Below, piece by piece: positions 56,967 through 63,590 of a DNA stretch of 64,000 nucleotides. The stretch comes from a virus: positions 9,322 through 73,321 of the IMG/VR virus record IMGVR_UViG_3300028833_000146, one strand, 5' to 3'. The position numbers and the translations under genes are program-made. The notes under the pieces were generated by a model. It worked only from the letters and a program-made list of their open reading frames with translations, was not told where the DNA came from and did not search any database. Position 1 is the first letter of the stretch; every line of letters starts with the position of its first letter.

Positions 56967-58215
56967 TCTTTTTCTCCTCTTTTATTTCTTTAATCGCGTC
57001 GTTCAATTCGCACCAAGCTATTCCAGCCCCTATCATTTCTGGTCCCTCTTTGAAAATATCATTCGCTAAACCACTGACCATGCGTACTACATAACTTCTT
57101 GGGACGCATCGTAGATTTGAAAGCTCACAGTTTTGTTTATTCCCGTCCAAGAATATAATGCAATGATCTTCCGGAATAGAGCCATTGGCTTGCTCCCAAA
57201 TATAACGGTGTTTTGTTACCCAATTCTCTCGCCAATTTTTTGTTGAGTCATTTACTGGAATATCTGAAAGTTTTATCCAAATATAGCCGCTGTTAACTAT
57301 CTCAGTTCCAATGGGTTTAGTGTTTGTTGCAACAGGGGGCTTCTTAGGAATCTGTGTTCTTCCTTCTTTTTCTCTCAAGTTTCTGATTCTTCCGAAAACG
57401 CTATCCATGCTAAGTTTTATACCAAATTTATCTGACATGTCTTCAGCAAGTTGCGAATAAAACATATTCTGGTAATTGTCTAGTAGGTACTTGTCCATAT
57501 CATCGGTCCATCGCACTTTGCGTCTTAAGTTTAACCTGGTTACTTTGTTATTAATGCTATTCTCAGTCATCTGAACGTTAAACTTCTTGGACATAGTTGT
57601 AGCCAGCTCTTCATAGGTCATATATTCAAAATTATCAATAAGAAACTGGATCATTTCGTCGGTCCAATATGTCTTTCCTTTATGGCCCTTTTTAAAGATG
57701 TTGGGATCTTTTTTCAAACGCATTTGTCTAAGCTGATACGAAATACCCCATACAGTAATTGAGAGATTGAACTTTTCGGACATCTCAATAGCTAAATCTT
57801 CGTATTTCATCTTGGCATAATTATTAGCTAAAAACTCGCGCATTTCATCAGTCCAAATACTACTGTTATTCTGAGTTAATCCTAATTTCCGTAACTTATG
57901 CCCTATGCTTTCTTCGTTCATCGGAACGCCATATCTTTCAGACATAATAGATGCAAGATCTTTATGAAGCATGGACCCATAATTATCAACAAGAAACCGA
58001 ACCATTTTGTCGGTCCAATAAGATTTTCCTTTACATCCTTTTTTCAGCCCTAACTGACCAAGCTTTCTAGAAATATAATTATGATCCATAACTACACAGA
58101 ACTTTTCACTCATTACAGCAGCTAGATCGTCATAGTTCATTAAAGTATAGTTGCTGGACAGAAATTGGATCATCTCCTCTGTCCAGCGAACATCTGACCG
58201 TCTATTTCTACTCAT
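56956..58215 (-). CDS. HNH endonuclease with five tandem Myb/SANT-like DNA-binding repeats (homing-endonuclease-like)
   Basis: Five ~50-60-aa repeats WT(D/E)(D/E)M..FL..NY..M.Y..LA..MS.KF...; C-terminal HNH (IIFLDGNKQNCELSNLRCV); start ATG 58215 overlaps the upstream stop, since the track start 58302 adds a junk hydrophobic N-terminus inside the upstream gene. Confidence 0.6.
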   Translation of the reverse strand: MSRNRRSDVRWTEEMIQFLSSNYTLMNYDDLAAVMSEKFCVVMDHNYISRKLGQLGLKKGCKGKSYWTDKMVRFLVDNYGSMLHKDLASIMSERYGVPMNEESIGHKLRKLGLTQNNSSIWTDEMREFLANNYAKMKYEDLAIEMSEKFNLSITVWGISYQLRQMRLKKDPNIFKKGHKGKTYWTDEMIQFLIDNFEYMTYEELATTMSKKFNVQMTENSINNKVTRLNLRRKVRWTDDMDKYLLDNYQNMFYSQLAEDMSDKFGIKLSMDSVFGRIRNLREKEGRTQIPKKPPVATNTKPIGTEIVNSGYIWIKLSDIPVNDSTKNWRENWVTKHRYIWEQANGSIPEDHCIIFLDGNKQNCELSNLRCVPRSYVVRMVSGLANDIFKEGPEMIGAGIAWCELNDAIKEIKEEKKNGN

Positions 58216-58465
58216 CGGCAGCCACCAAAATCGCAATCTCAGAAGATTTAGGCAGCTTCTGCTCATAAACAAGCTTCTGAGCGCGCAGGATAACATCCGC
58301 ATTATTTATCATCTGCTTTGAAAGGCTAGAAAAGACCGCTGCAGAATCAAGAACTTTCTTCTGCGTTTCTCTCGGCAGGTTCTCGCTATCTTTTACCTTT
58401 TTAAGTTCTTCTCCGAGCATGTTATGCAGATCGATAAGATTCATTCTCTTTCTCCTTTTTAGCAC
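58208..58465 (-). CDS. Hypothetical protein
   Basis: 85-aa ORF. Confidence 0.45.
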   Translation of the reverse strand: MLKRRKRMNLIDLHNMLGEELKKVKDSENLPRETQKKVLDSAAVFSSLSKQMINNADVILRAQKLVYEQKLPKSSEIAILVAADE

Positions 58466-58469
58466 GTCA

Positions 58470-58823
58470 TTAAGATCCGATTAGTTCGTGTTCAATTATT
58501 TCAAAATAAAAATCCCACAGTTTCCATGGACGCTTTAGATCTTCATCTTCTTCATCGTCAGCATCTGAAATCTGAGCACCTCGAATATATTTTCTGGATA
58601 CCTCAGTATTGCGCCATGGATTTCTTTCATTCAATTCCTGTTCATCATATTCTTTTATTAGTTTTGGAAATTCGAACTCACTAACTTTTAGAATATCAAG
58701 ATTTTTCACTGCGTTCTCTGCCAGCTCTTTTGTGGCATAGAAACCAATCGCCATTTCATAGTCTTCACGAGCTTCATAAGATTCATAATTAGCGCAACGG
58801 CAGCGGATTTCATAAATTTTCAT
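58470..58823 (-). CDS. Hypothetical protein (Cys-containing)
   Basis: ATG 58823 after AAAGGAGAAAAAG (track start 58961 translates the RBS as ERRKRM). Confidence 0.45.
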   Translation of the reverse strand: MKIYEIRCRCANYESYEAREDYEMAIGFYATKELAENAVKNLDILKVSEFEFPKLIKEYDEQELNERNPWRNTEVSRKYIRGAQISDADDEEDEDLKRPWKLWDFYFEIIEHELIGS

Positions 58824-59325
58824 TCTTTTTCTCCTTTCTAAGCAGCCGAAGAAATATCTCTTCGAACTTCTCCCATTCTTCGTCTCGCTCCTCTGAGTCG
58901 AGATTACGATCTCGTGTATATTCATATGACTTCTGAATATCAATACCACCATGTTTTTCAAGTACTTTGTCCACTACTTCGACTGGAACCCATCCGTAGA
59001 CCGTATCCATTGGAACATTCGGATTTTCAGCATATCCTATCAATTCTTCATCTTCTTCAGTGGGAAAGCCGAGCTCAACGCTTTTATACGGTTTAAACTT
59101 TGAAACACGAATTTGGGACCTCCATCTTGGAATGAAACCGAACTTTGAAATATCAATCTGAGATTTTCTTGGCTCACAATAATGGTCCTCGCTAGCCTGA
59201 ATAGATACTCCGAATCCATCCTTACAGATAACAAATGGTCTTCTAAATTGCTGAAACGATGACCAGTCAGAATAAGTATGGACAGTACCACACCAAAATG
59301 CTTCAAGAAACTGATTAGTATTCAT
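58810..59325 (-). CDS. Hypothetical protein
   Basis: ATG 59325 after AAAGGAGAAAGAG. Confidence 0.45.
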   Translation of the reverse strand: MNTNQFLEAFWCGTVHTYSDWSSFQQFRRPFVICKDGFGVSIQASEDHYCEPRKSQIDISKFGFIPRWRSQIRVSKFKPYKSVELGFPTEEDEELIGYAENPNVPMDTVYGWVPVEVVDKVLEKHGGIDIQKSYEYTRDRNLDSEERDEEWEKFEEIFLRLLRKEKKNENL

Positions 59326-59651
59326 TCTCTTTCTCCTTTCCAAATAAACCCAGTCTGTTCGTACAAAAGCTTAGGGGAAATATAATAGTTAATCTTCCCT
59401 TTCCGTGAGTCGATGTCCTGCACGTCTAGGATCACATGACCGTTCCTAGTTGCAGTTCCAATCGGCAACCAACCGGCAATGATACCTGCATGTATCCAAC
59501 AAGGATCCTTACCAAACACTCGAGCAGCTACTTTAGTCGGAACTGATCCTGGAGGAAATGTCACGTCTGGCTTTAGCTTCTCTCCAAGCTGTGCCTTAAT
59601 ATCTGTTATCAGTTGTTCTAATTCTCCAATTGTTAACTGCGAAATATCCAT
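59322..59651 (-). CDS. Hypothetical protein
   Basis: 109-aa ORF. Confidence 0.4.
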   Translation of the reverse strand: MDISQLTIGELEQLITDIKAQLGEKLKPDVTFPPGSVPTKVAARVFGKDPCWIHAGIIAGWLPIGTATRNGHVILDVQDIDSRKGKINYYISPKLLYEQTGFIWKGERE

Positions 59652-59953
59652 CAGGCTCTCCTTTTCTTAGTCCGCTCAAGTATCGCCAGATCATACTCCT
59701 TTTCAATGTAACGAATATAAATAGGTATTTTGTCTATTGTTCTAACCACTGCTGTGTCGAGTTTATTCCAATGATTTTTAAAAGCTCTAGTCAGTGTTAC
59801 TCCGTTATATCCGAAATATTCTTTAATACCCTTTCGATACTTCTGACGAAAAAGAAAATAGTCTTTGTTTTCATACTTAATATAAAAATCATGGTACGCC
59901 TGATCTTTATGCTCGTCATATACCATCACACAATAAATACGCGGATTCTTCAT
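59651..59953 (-). CDS. Hypothetical protein
   Basis: 100-aa ORF with RBS GGAGGAAAC. Confidence 0.4.
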   Translation of the reverse strand: MKNPRIYCVMVYDEHKDQAYHDFYIKYENKDYFLFRQKYRKGIKEYFGYNGVTLTRAFKNHWNKLDTAVVRTIDKIPIYIRYIEKEYDLAILERTKKRRA

Positions 59954-59967
59954 AGTTTCCTCCTTAA

Positions 59968-59994
59968 AGTAATTATCGACTGTAGCAAAATATC
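59968..59994 (-). promoter_or_regulatory. Promoter-like motif (variant, -10 GATAAT)
   Basis: plus strand AGTAATTATCGACTGTAGCAAAATATC. Confidence 0.4.
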
Positions 59995-60077
59995 ATATTT
60001 TCTTGTCGTCTGCGTGCGGGTTATACAAAAGAAAAGAGCCCATGTCAGAACTCTTTTCTACTCAAACTATTGCATGT

Positions 60078-60299
60078 TCATATGTGTAGCTGCAGATCTT
60101 TATCGCTTGCAGTGACTCCTAGGTAAAATTCTGCTATGCTGAGACCTAGTTCAATAATGCCTAAGCTAGCTAAAATCTTCACTGCTGCTAAATTTCCAGT
60201 AGCAACTATAATAGCAGTAACTCCGAGCGCAAATCTTAATAACGCCTCGGCATAGCCCAAACCTAAAACAATTCGTGCAAGTTTATCCGAATAGTGCAT
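60078..60299 (-). CDS. Small membrane protein (holin-like, speculative)
   Basis: 73 aa, two TM helices, GGAGGTAGATT RBS. Confidence 0.45.
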   Translation of the reverse strand: MHYSDKLARIVLGLGYAEALLRFALGVTAIIVATGNLAAVKILASLGIIELGLSIAEFYLGVTASDKDLQLHI

Positions 60300-60323
60300 A
60301 ATCTACCTCCAAATATAATAGTA

Positions 60324-60352
60324 TTTCATTATATTAGCTGTAAAAAATACGG
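60324..60352 (-). promoter_or_regulatory. Conserved phage promoter-like motif
   Basis: plus strand TTTCATTATATTAGCTGTAAAAAATACGG. Confidence 0.5.
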
Positions 60353-60367
60353 GGCATGTAAAGCCCC
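60340..60367 (-). terminator. Hairpin terminator whose T-run overlaps the next promoter motif
   Basis: GGGGCATGTAAAGCCCC then a T-run on the minus strand. Confidence 0.45.
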
Positions 60368-60377
60368 AAATATAAAA

Positions 60378-60542
60378 CTACTCTTTATTTACATTCAGTA
60401 TATCGTTAACCTGCTTCTCTGTAAGTCCGGTTTTCAACGCGATCCAGCCATAAGTATAGCCTTTCTGTCTAAAACGCTCGATCTCGTTGGCTAACTTAGC
60501 TGATACTGTCGTACCGTTTCTTTTAATAGTTTTTACAGACAT
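60378..60542 (-). CDS. Small HTH DNA-binding protein (Cro/excisionase-like size)
   Basis: ATG 60542 after GGAGGTATTGTC; GYTYGWIALKTGLTEKQVNDIL. Confidence 0.5.
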   Translation of the reverse strand: MSVKTIKRNGTTVSAKLANEIERFRQKGYTYGWIALKTGLTEKQVNDILNVNKE

Positions 60543-60570
60543 GACAATACCTCCAAAATATAAATAATTA

Positions 60571-60599
60571 TTCACTATACAGCCTGTAAAAATTACGAA
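60571..60599 (-). promoter_or_regulatory. Conserved phage promoter-like motif
   Basis: plus strand TTCACTATACAGCCTGTAAAAATTACGAA. Confidence 0.5.
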
Positions 60600-60643
60600 A
60601 TTATTAATTATAGATGACAAAATTATTACATAACAGTCTGTTT

Positions 60644-60699
60644 CTATCCTAGATTAAGTGGTATACTCCTCTCGTGCGCACGGATTTAATCTAGAATAG
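60644..60699. promoter_or_regulatory. Operator-like inverted repeat flanking an extended -10 promoter for the plus-strand gene
   Basis: Arms CTATCCTAGATTAA (60644-60657) and TTAATCTAGAATAG (60686-60699) match 13 of 14 as an inverted repeat; between them TGgTATACT (extended -10, 60659-60667) and the palindrome CGTGCGCACG (60673-60682); the right arm overlaps the AGGAG RBS of 60711..61112. Confidence 0.5.
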
Positions 60700-60710
60700 G
60701 AGAAATATAA

Positions 60711-61112
60711 ATGAATCAGAGATCTGTTATTTCGCAAAAGAACAAATATTGGATCCCAAAACACAGGTACCTTGAACTTAAGCACTATTGCATGCAATAT
60801 CCTGAGTGGAAATCGGCTTTAAGATCAATCGCTCTTCTGCAAGCGCATTCCGATAAAATATCTGCTGATGGTTTTTCAGATCCAACAAACAGCATTGCTA
60901 TAAAAGAACTTAAATATAAAGAAAAGATGCAACTTGTTGAGTCTGTAGCCATTCAAACAGATCCCGAAATAGCTAAGTGGATCATCGAAGGAGTCATCAA
61001 CAGTTACAGCTATGAATATTTAAAATATCAACTTGGACTTCCTGCGGGACGAGACCTATACTACGACCGGTATCGTAAATTCTTCTGGCTTTTAGATCAA
61101 CGCAAAGCATAA
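60711..61112 (+). CDS. Hypothetical protein on the opposite strand (switch or moron gene)
   Basis: AGGAG RBS 8 nt before ATG 60711; 133 aa; only plus-strand gene in the region; divergent from the HTH gene. Confidence 0.55.
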   Translation: MNQRSVISQKNKYWIPKHRYLELKHYCMQYPEWKSALRSIALLQAHSDKISADGFSDPTNSIAIKELKYKEKMQLVESVAIQTDPEIAKWIIEGVINSYSYEYLKYQLGLPAGRDLYYDRYRKFFWLLDQRKA

Positions 61113-61144
61113 AAAAAAAGAGGGAGGCATCTGTAGCGTCCCTC
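61111..61144 (-). terminator. Intrinsic terminator
   Basis: GAGGGAGGCATCTGTAGCGTCCCTC, T9 on the minus strand. Confidence 0.55.
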
Positions 61145-61151
61145 TATAATC

Positions 61152-61460
61152 TCATGCTACAGGTGTCTCCACCTCTGGTACTGAAATATCATTCTCTACT
61201 GGAATCTCAGTGCTAGGGATTTCAGGATCAACTGGAGTTGAGGTCATCTCCGTTGCTTTCATGATCGCAATCGCCGCAGTAGCAGCGGCAGTAGCGACGC
61301 CAATATAGCTGCATACAGTCGCAACCGTCTTACCGACTGGTTTACGATCTCCTTTGGCAGCTTCTCGCTTAGCTTTTCGCTCTGCCCTCTTCTCTGCGCG
61401 GATTGTTTTCCGTTCAGCATGGTTGGCCTTAATAGCTCCAAAATTAATCACTTTTTCCAT
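61152..61460 (-). CDS. Basic protein with C-terminal TM helix
   Basis: ATG 61460 after AAAGGAATTACTATT (track TTG at 61544 is less likely). Confidence 0.45.
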   Translation of the reverse strand: MEKVINFGAIKANHAERKTIRAEKRAERKAKREAAKGDRKPVGKTVATVCSYIGVATAAATAAIAIMKATEMTSTPVDPEIPSTEIPVENDISVPEVETPVA

Positions 61461-61495
61461 AATAGTAATTCCTTTCTTTAAAAAATATTTAGTAT

Positions 61496-61524
61496 CCATT
61501 ATAGAAACTGTATTTTTTACGAAT
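61496..61524 (-). promoter_or_regulatory. Conserved phage promoter-like motif
   Basis: plus strand TCCATTATAGAAACTGTATTTTTTACGAA. Confidence 0.5.
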
Positions 61525-61552
61525 AAAAAATGAGGCCGTTGCAAACAGCCTC
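61524..61552 (-). terminator. Intrinsic terminator
   Basis: GAGGCCGTTGCAAACAGCCTC then a T-run on the minus strand. Confidence 0.5.
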
Positions 61553-61562
61553 GAACTGGGAA

Positions 61563-61739
61563 TCATTCGTCGCTATGTCGTCTCATAGAAGAATCAACTA
61601 ATTTGCAGATTCCAAATATCGCTGCGCCTGGAATCTTGAATGCACAAAATACAACAACCATTGACAAAAACCAATAATCCAGCATCGCTCGCCATATATA
61701 ACCTGCTATTTCTTTTGCCTTTTCTACAAAATCATACAT
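61563..61739 (-). CDS. Small membrane protein
   Basis: ATG 61739 after TTTAGGAGGTATTATT; MYDFVEKAKEIAGYIW... with a TM helix. Confidence 0.4.
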   Translation of the reverse strand: MYDFVEKAKEIAGYIWRAMLDYWFLSMVVVFCAFKIPGAAIFGICKLVDSSMRRHSDE

Positions 61740-61762
61740 AATAATACCTCCTAAAATATAGA

Positions 61763-61792
61763 TTCCATTATATAATCTGTACTTTTTTCGAA
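61763..61792 (-). promoter_or_regulatory. Conserved phage promoter-like motif
   Basis: plus strand TTCCATTATATAATCTGTACTTTTTTCGAA. Confidence 0.5.
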
Positions 61793-61830
61793 AGAGTAAG
61801 GCTATGTAAGCCAAACTCTTTCTAAAGTAA

Positions 61831-62055
61831 TTATTTAATTCCAATGTAATCGCCGTATTCATCGTATTCGCTTTCATCACAGCTATCACCGGCTAACGTG
61901 TCGAAACCGAGAACTAGCAGGGTAATCCCAAGGCCTAATTCTATTCCCTGTACCATATCTACCTTGGTCTCCCATACAAGTGCTCCGGTAATCGCCATTA
62001 TCACCCAAACAGCTAAAACCAGCATAACTCCAATAAATTTTGTTGATTTTTTCAT
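61831..62055 (-). CDS. Small membrane protein
   Basis: ATG 62055 after AAAGGAGATTATAAA; MKKSTKFIGVMLVLAVWVIMAITGALVW... Confidence 0.45.
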   Translation of the reverse strand: MKKSTKFIGVMLVLAVWVIMAITGALVWETKVDMVQGIELGLGITLLVLGFDTLAGDSCDESEYDEYGDYIGIK

Positions 62056-62080
62056 TTTATAATCTCCTTTAAAAGTATTT

Positions 62081-62110
62081 CTTTCATTAAAGAGACTGTA
62101 AAATTTACGG
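62081..62110 (-). promoter_or_regulatory. Conserved phage promoter-like motif
   Basis: plus strand CTTTCATTAAAGAGACTGTAAAATTTACGG. Confidence 0.5.
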
Positions 62111-62136
62111 CAAAAAAGAGGGCAATGTAAGCCCTC
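62111..62136 (-). terminator. Intrinsic terminator (loop ATGTAAG)
   Basis: GAGGGCAATGTAAGCCCTC then T6 on the minus strand; overlaps the stop codon of 62135..62293. Confidence 0.5.
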
Positions 62137-62293
62137 AGTCCTTCCTTTTCTTATCCCCAATATCTAATCGGCGAAACTTTTCCTTATTATAACTTCGTAC
62201 GACCTTCGATACGATCAACGATAATAGCATAGTAGCCACTATGACTATTAGTATGAACATAAAAATTGTCGATTTGTTTGCAATAATTATCAT
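62135..62293 (-). CDS. Small membrane protein (52 aa), not in ORF track
   Basis: TAAAAGGAGAATACTCT-ATG 62293; MIIIANKSTIFMFILIVIVATMLLSLIV... Confidence 0.4.
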   Translation of the reverse strand: MIIIANKSTIFMFILIVIVATMLLSLIVSKVVRSYNKEKFRRLDIGDKKRKD

Positions 62294-62317
62294 AGAGTAT
62301 TCTCCTTTTAAATATTA

Positions 62318-62347
62318 TTTCATTAAAGAGCTTGTAAATTTTACGAA
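62318..62347 (-). promoter_or_regulatory. Conserved phage promoter-like motif
   Basis: plus strand TTTCATTAAAGAGCTTGTAAATTTTACGAA. Confidence 0.5.
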
Positions 62348-62399
62348 AAAATAAAAGTGCCTGTTTTCTTTTATTACGGACCAGATTACCCGTTAATCT

Positions 62400-62545
62400 G
62401 CTTTACTTCACACTGCGTTGGTCAGTAAGCCCGTAACCAGTTCGGTCAAAACTGGCGAGTAGCATGACCGTGCTACTCTGGAAGCTTCCTTTTCCCAAGG
62501 AATTTAATGCCGCCACGTTTCGTTTTCGTCGCCCAGCAACTTCTT
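62400..62545 (-). ncRNA. Candidate structured ncRNA (~145 nt) driven by a conserved promoter motif
   Basis: GC-richer than flanks; no RBS or credible ATG after the promoter at 62548-62577; perfect local stems in the sense RNA: GAGUAGCA-CGGUCA-UGCUACUC, CCAGUU-UUGACCG-AACUGG, CAGAUUA-ACGGG-UAAUCUG; the 70-aa track ORF 62403..62615 starts with TTG inside the upstream terminator and looks spurious. Confidence 0.3.
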
Positions 62546-62547
62546 TC

Positions 62548-62577
62548 TTTTCATTATAGGACCTGTATTTTTTACGA
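62548..62577 (-). promoter_or_regulatory. Conserved phage promoter-like motif
   Basis: plus strand TTTCATTATAGGACCTGTATTTTTTACGAA. Confidence 0.5.
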
Positions 62578-62580
62578 AAT

Positions 62581-62613
62581 ATAAAAACTAAGGGAGGTGT
62601 AATCCTACCTCCC
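62581..62613 (-). terminator. Intrinsic terminator (loop GTGTAATCC)
   Basis: GGGAGGTGTAATCCTACCTCCC then a T-rich run on the minus strand. Confidence 0.5.
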
Positions 62614-62826
62614 AATGCTTTGCCAAAAACTAACTATACCATCAATAAAATCGCTAACTTCTACACAAGTAAGCTTATCGCCGCTAGCAGCCAGCATTAG
62701 TTCATTAGCATGTTTTAAAGCGTTCATAGTGCCATTCTCGTATCCCCAACTATACATTTCGAATGCACCTAATGCCAAACAAGCAATAAATATCAATGCC
62801 AGCAGCACATTAAATAATCTACTCAT
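62605..62826 (-). CDS. Small membrane protein
   Basis: AAGGAGG RBS; MSRLFNVLLALIFIACLALGAF... Confidence 0.45.
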   Translation of the reverse strand: MSRLFNVLLALIFIACLALGAFEMYSWGYENGTMNALKHANELMLAASGDKLTCVEVSDFIDGIVSFWQSIGR

Positions 62827-62858
62827 AAAAATGCCTCCTTATTTGATAAAGTATTATG

Positions 62859-62888
62859 TTTTCATAATATAAGATGTAATATTTACGG
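62859..62888 (-). promoter_or_regulatory. Conserved phage promoter-like motif
   Basis: plus strand TTTTCATAATATAAGATGTAATATTTACGG. Confidence 0.5.
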
Positions 62889-62890
62889 AC

Positions 62891-62920
62891 AAAAAAATGA
62901 GGGGCGCTGTAATACCCCTC
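62891..62920 (-). terminator. Intrinsic terminator (loop GCTGTAATAC)
   Basis: GAGGGGCGCTGTAATACCCCTC then T7 on the minus strand. Confidence 0.5.
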
Positions 62921-62927
62921 GTCCTCA

Positions 62928-63077
62928 TTAGTCATCTTCGTACAATACCTTATCGGACCACTTACGTATAAACTTTCCGTAACTTTTAGGGAACGCGTAC
63001 ATCCAAATTATCATGGCAACTCCGGCCACGAAACTGAACAGATAAGTAATCCCTGCAATTTTCATAAATTTACTCAT
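62928..63077 (-). CDS. Small membrane protein (49 aa), not in ORF track
   Basis: AAAGGAGAACCATT-ATG 63077; MSKFMKIAGITYLFSFVAGVAMIIWMYAF... Confidence 0.4.
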   Translation of the reverse strand: MSKFMKIAGITYLFSFVAGVAMIIWMYAFPKSYGKFIRKWSDKVLYEDD

Positions 63078-63100
63078 AATGGTTCTCCTTTAAAATAGTA

Positions 63101-63130
63101 TTTTCATTATAAGAGCTGTAATTTTTATCC
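63101..63130 (-). promoter_or_regulatory. Conserved phage promoter-like motif
   Basis: plus strand TTTTCATTATAAGAGCTGTAATTTTTATCC. Confidence 0.5.
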
Positions 63131-63144
63131 CCCCCCCGATTTTG

Positions 63145-63173
63145 ATGAAAAATGAGGGGAGTTGTATCCCCTC
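63145..63173 (-). terminator. Intrinsic terminator (loop GTTGTA)
   Basis: GAGGGGAGTTGTATCCCCTC then a T-run on the minus strand. Confidence 0.5.
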
Positions 63174-63185
63174 TTGCTCCTCCTT

Positions 63186-63344
63186 TCAATCGTAATCCCA
63201 ATCCATGCCATCATAGCTGGATCCATAATCACAAGTAGCCCCATAACCTCTGAGGTCAACAATAGAATCTTTTGTCTCCACGTACATTACCATGTGAGTT
63301 CTCGAATCGTACATCGTTACCATCTGAATGCTGGGGTTTTCCAT
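63186..63344 (-). CDS. Small acidic protein (52 aa), not in ORF track
   Basis: TTTGGAGGATTATATT-ATG 63344; MENPSIQMVTMYDSRTHMVMYVETKDSIVDLRGYGATCDYGSSYDGMDWDYD. Confidence 0.35.
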   Translation of the reverse strand: MENPSIQMVTMYDSRTHMVMYVETKDSIVDLRGYGATCDYGSSYDGMDWDYD

Positions 63345-63380
63345 AATATAATCCTCCAAAATGATGTGATTTGAGATTTA

Positions 63381-63410
63381 TTTCTCATTATAGAAACTGT
63401 AATTTTTGCG
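63381..63410 (-). promoter_or_regulatory. Conserved phage promoter-like motif
   Basis: plus strand TTTCTCATTATAGAAACTGTAATTTTTGCG. Confidence 0.5.
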
Positions 63411-63434
63411 TATTATGTAAACTTATAGAAAAAA

Positions 63435-63520
63435 ATAGCCGTTGTGGAATTGAACCACTTCTCATCCGGCGTTTTTCGTTCGACTATTCCCGATGCGCAT
63501 TTACCGTAATGCTAATGGCT
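63435..63520 (-). ncRNA. tRNA-like ncRNA (acceptor, D- and T-arms recognisable; anticodon arm aberrant)
   Basis: Sense RNA AGCCAUUAGCAUUACGGUAAAUGCGCAUCGGGAAUAGUCGAACGAAAAACGCCGGAUGAGAAGUGGUUCAAUUCCACAACGGCUA followed by U7: acceptor AGCCAUU/AACGGCU (6 of 7), D-arm GCAUU-ACGGUA-AAUGC, T-arm GUGG-UUCAAUU-CCAC, central CAUCGG/CCGGAUG helix closing a 20-nt loop; sits between its own promoter motif and a U-run; no protein-coding potential. Confidence 0.35.
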
Positions 63521-63526
63521 ATTTTT

Positions 63527-63557
63527 CTTTCATTATATGCATTGTAAAATTTGCGAA
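63527..63557 (-). promoter_or_regulatory. Conserved phage promoter-like motif
   Basis: plus strand CTTTCATTATATGCATTGTAAAATTTGCGAA. Confidence 0.5.
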
Positions 63558-63582
63558 AAAGAGAGCCTGTGTAAGAGCTCTC
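63556..63582 (-). terminator. Intrinsic terminator (loop CTGTGTAAG)
   Basis: GAGAGCCTGTGTAAGAGCTCTC then T5 on the minus strand. Confidence 0.5.
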
Positions 63583-63590
63583 GACTCGTA

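Noticed and set aside
58810-59343. N-terminal ERRKRM / LERRKRM extensions in several track ORFs (58470..58961, 58810..59343, 7963..8865)
   Set aside because: These residues are the in-frame translation of the AAAGGAGAAAGAG ribosome-binding site; true starts are the following ATG codons.
62403-62615. 70-aa ORF
   Set aside because: It starts with TTG inside the upstream terminator hairpin, has no RBS and an odd composition; the region is better explained as a structured ncRNA.
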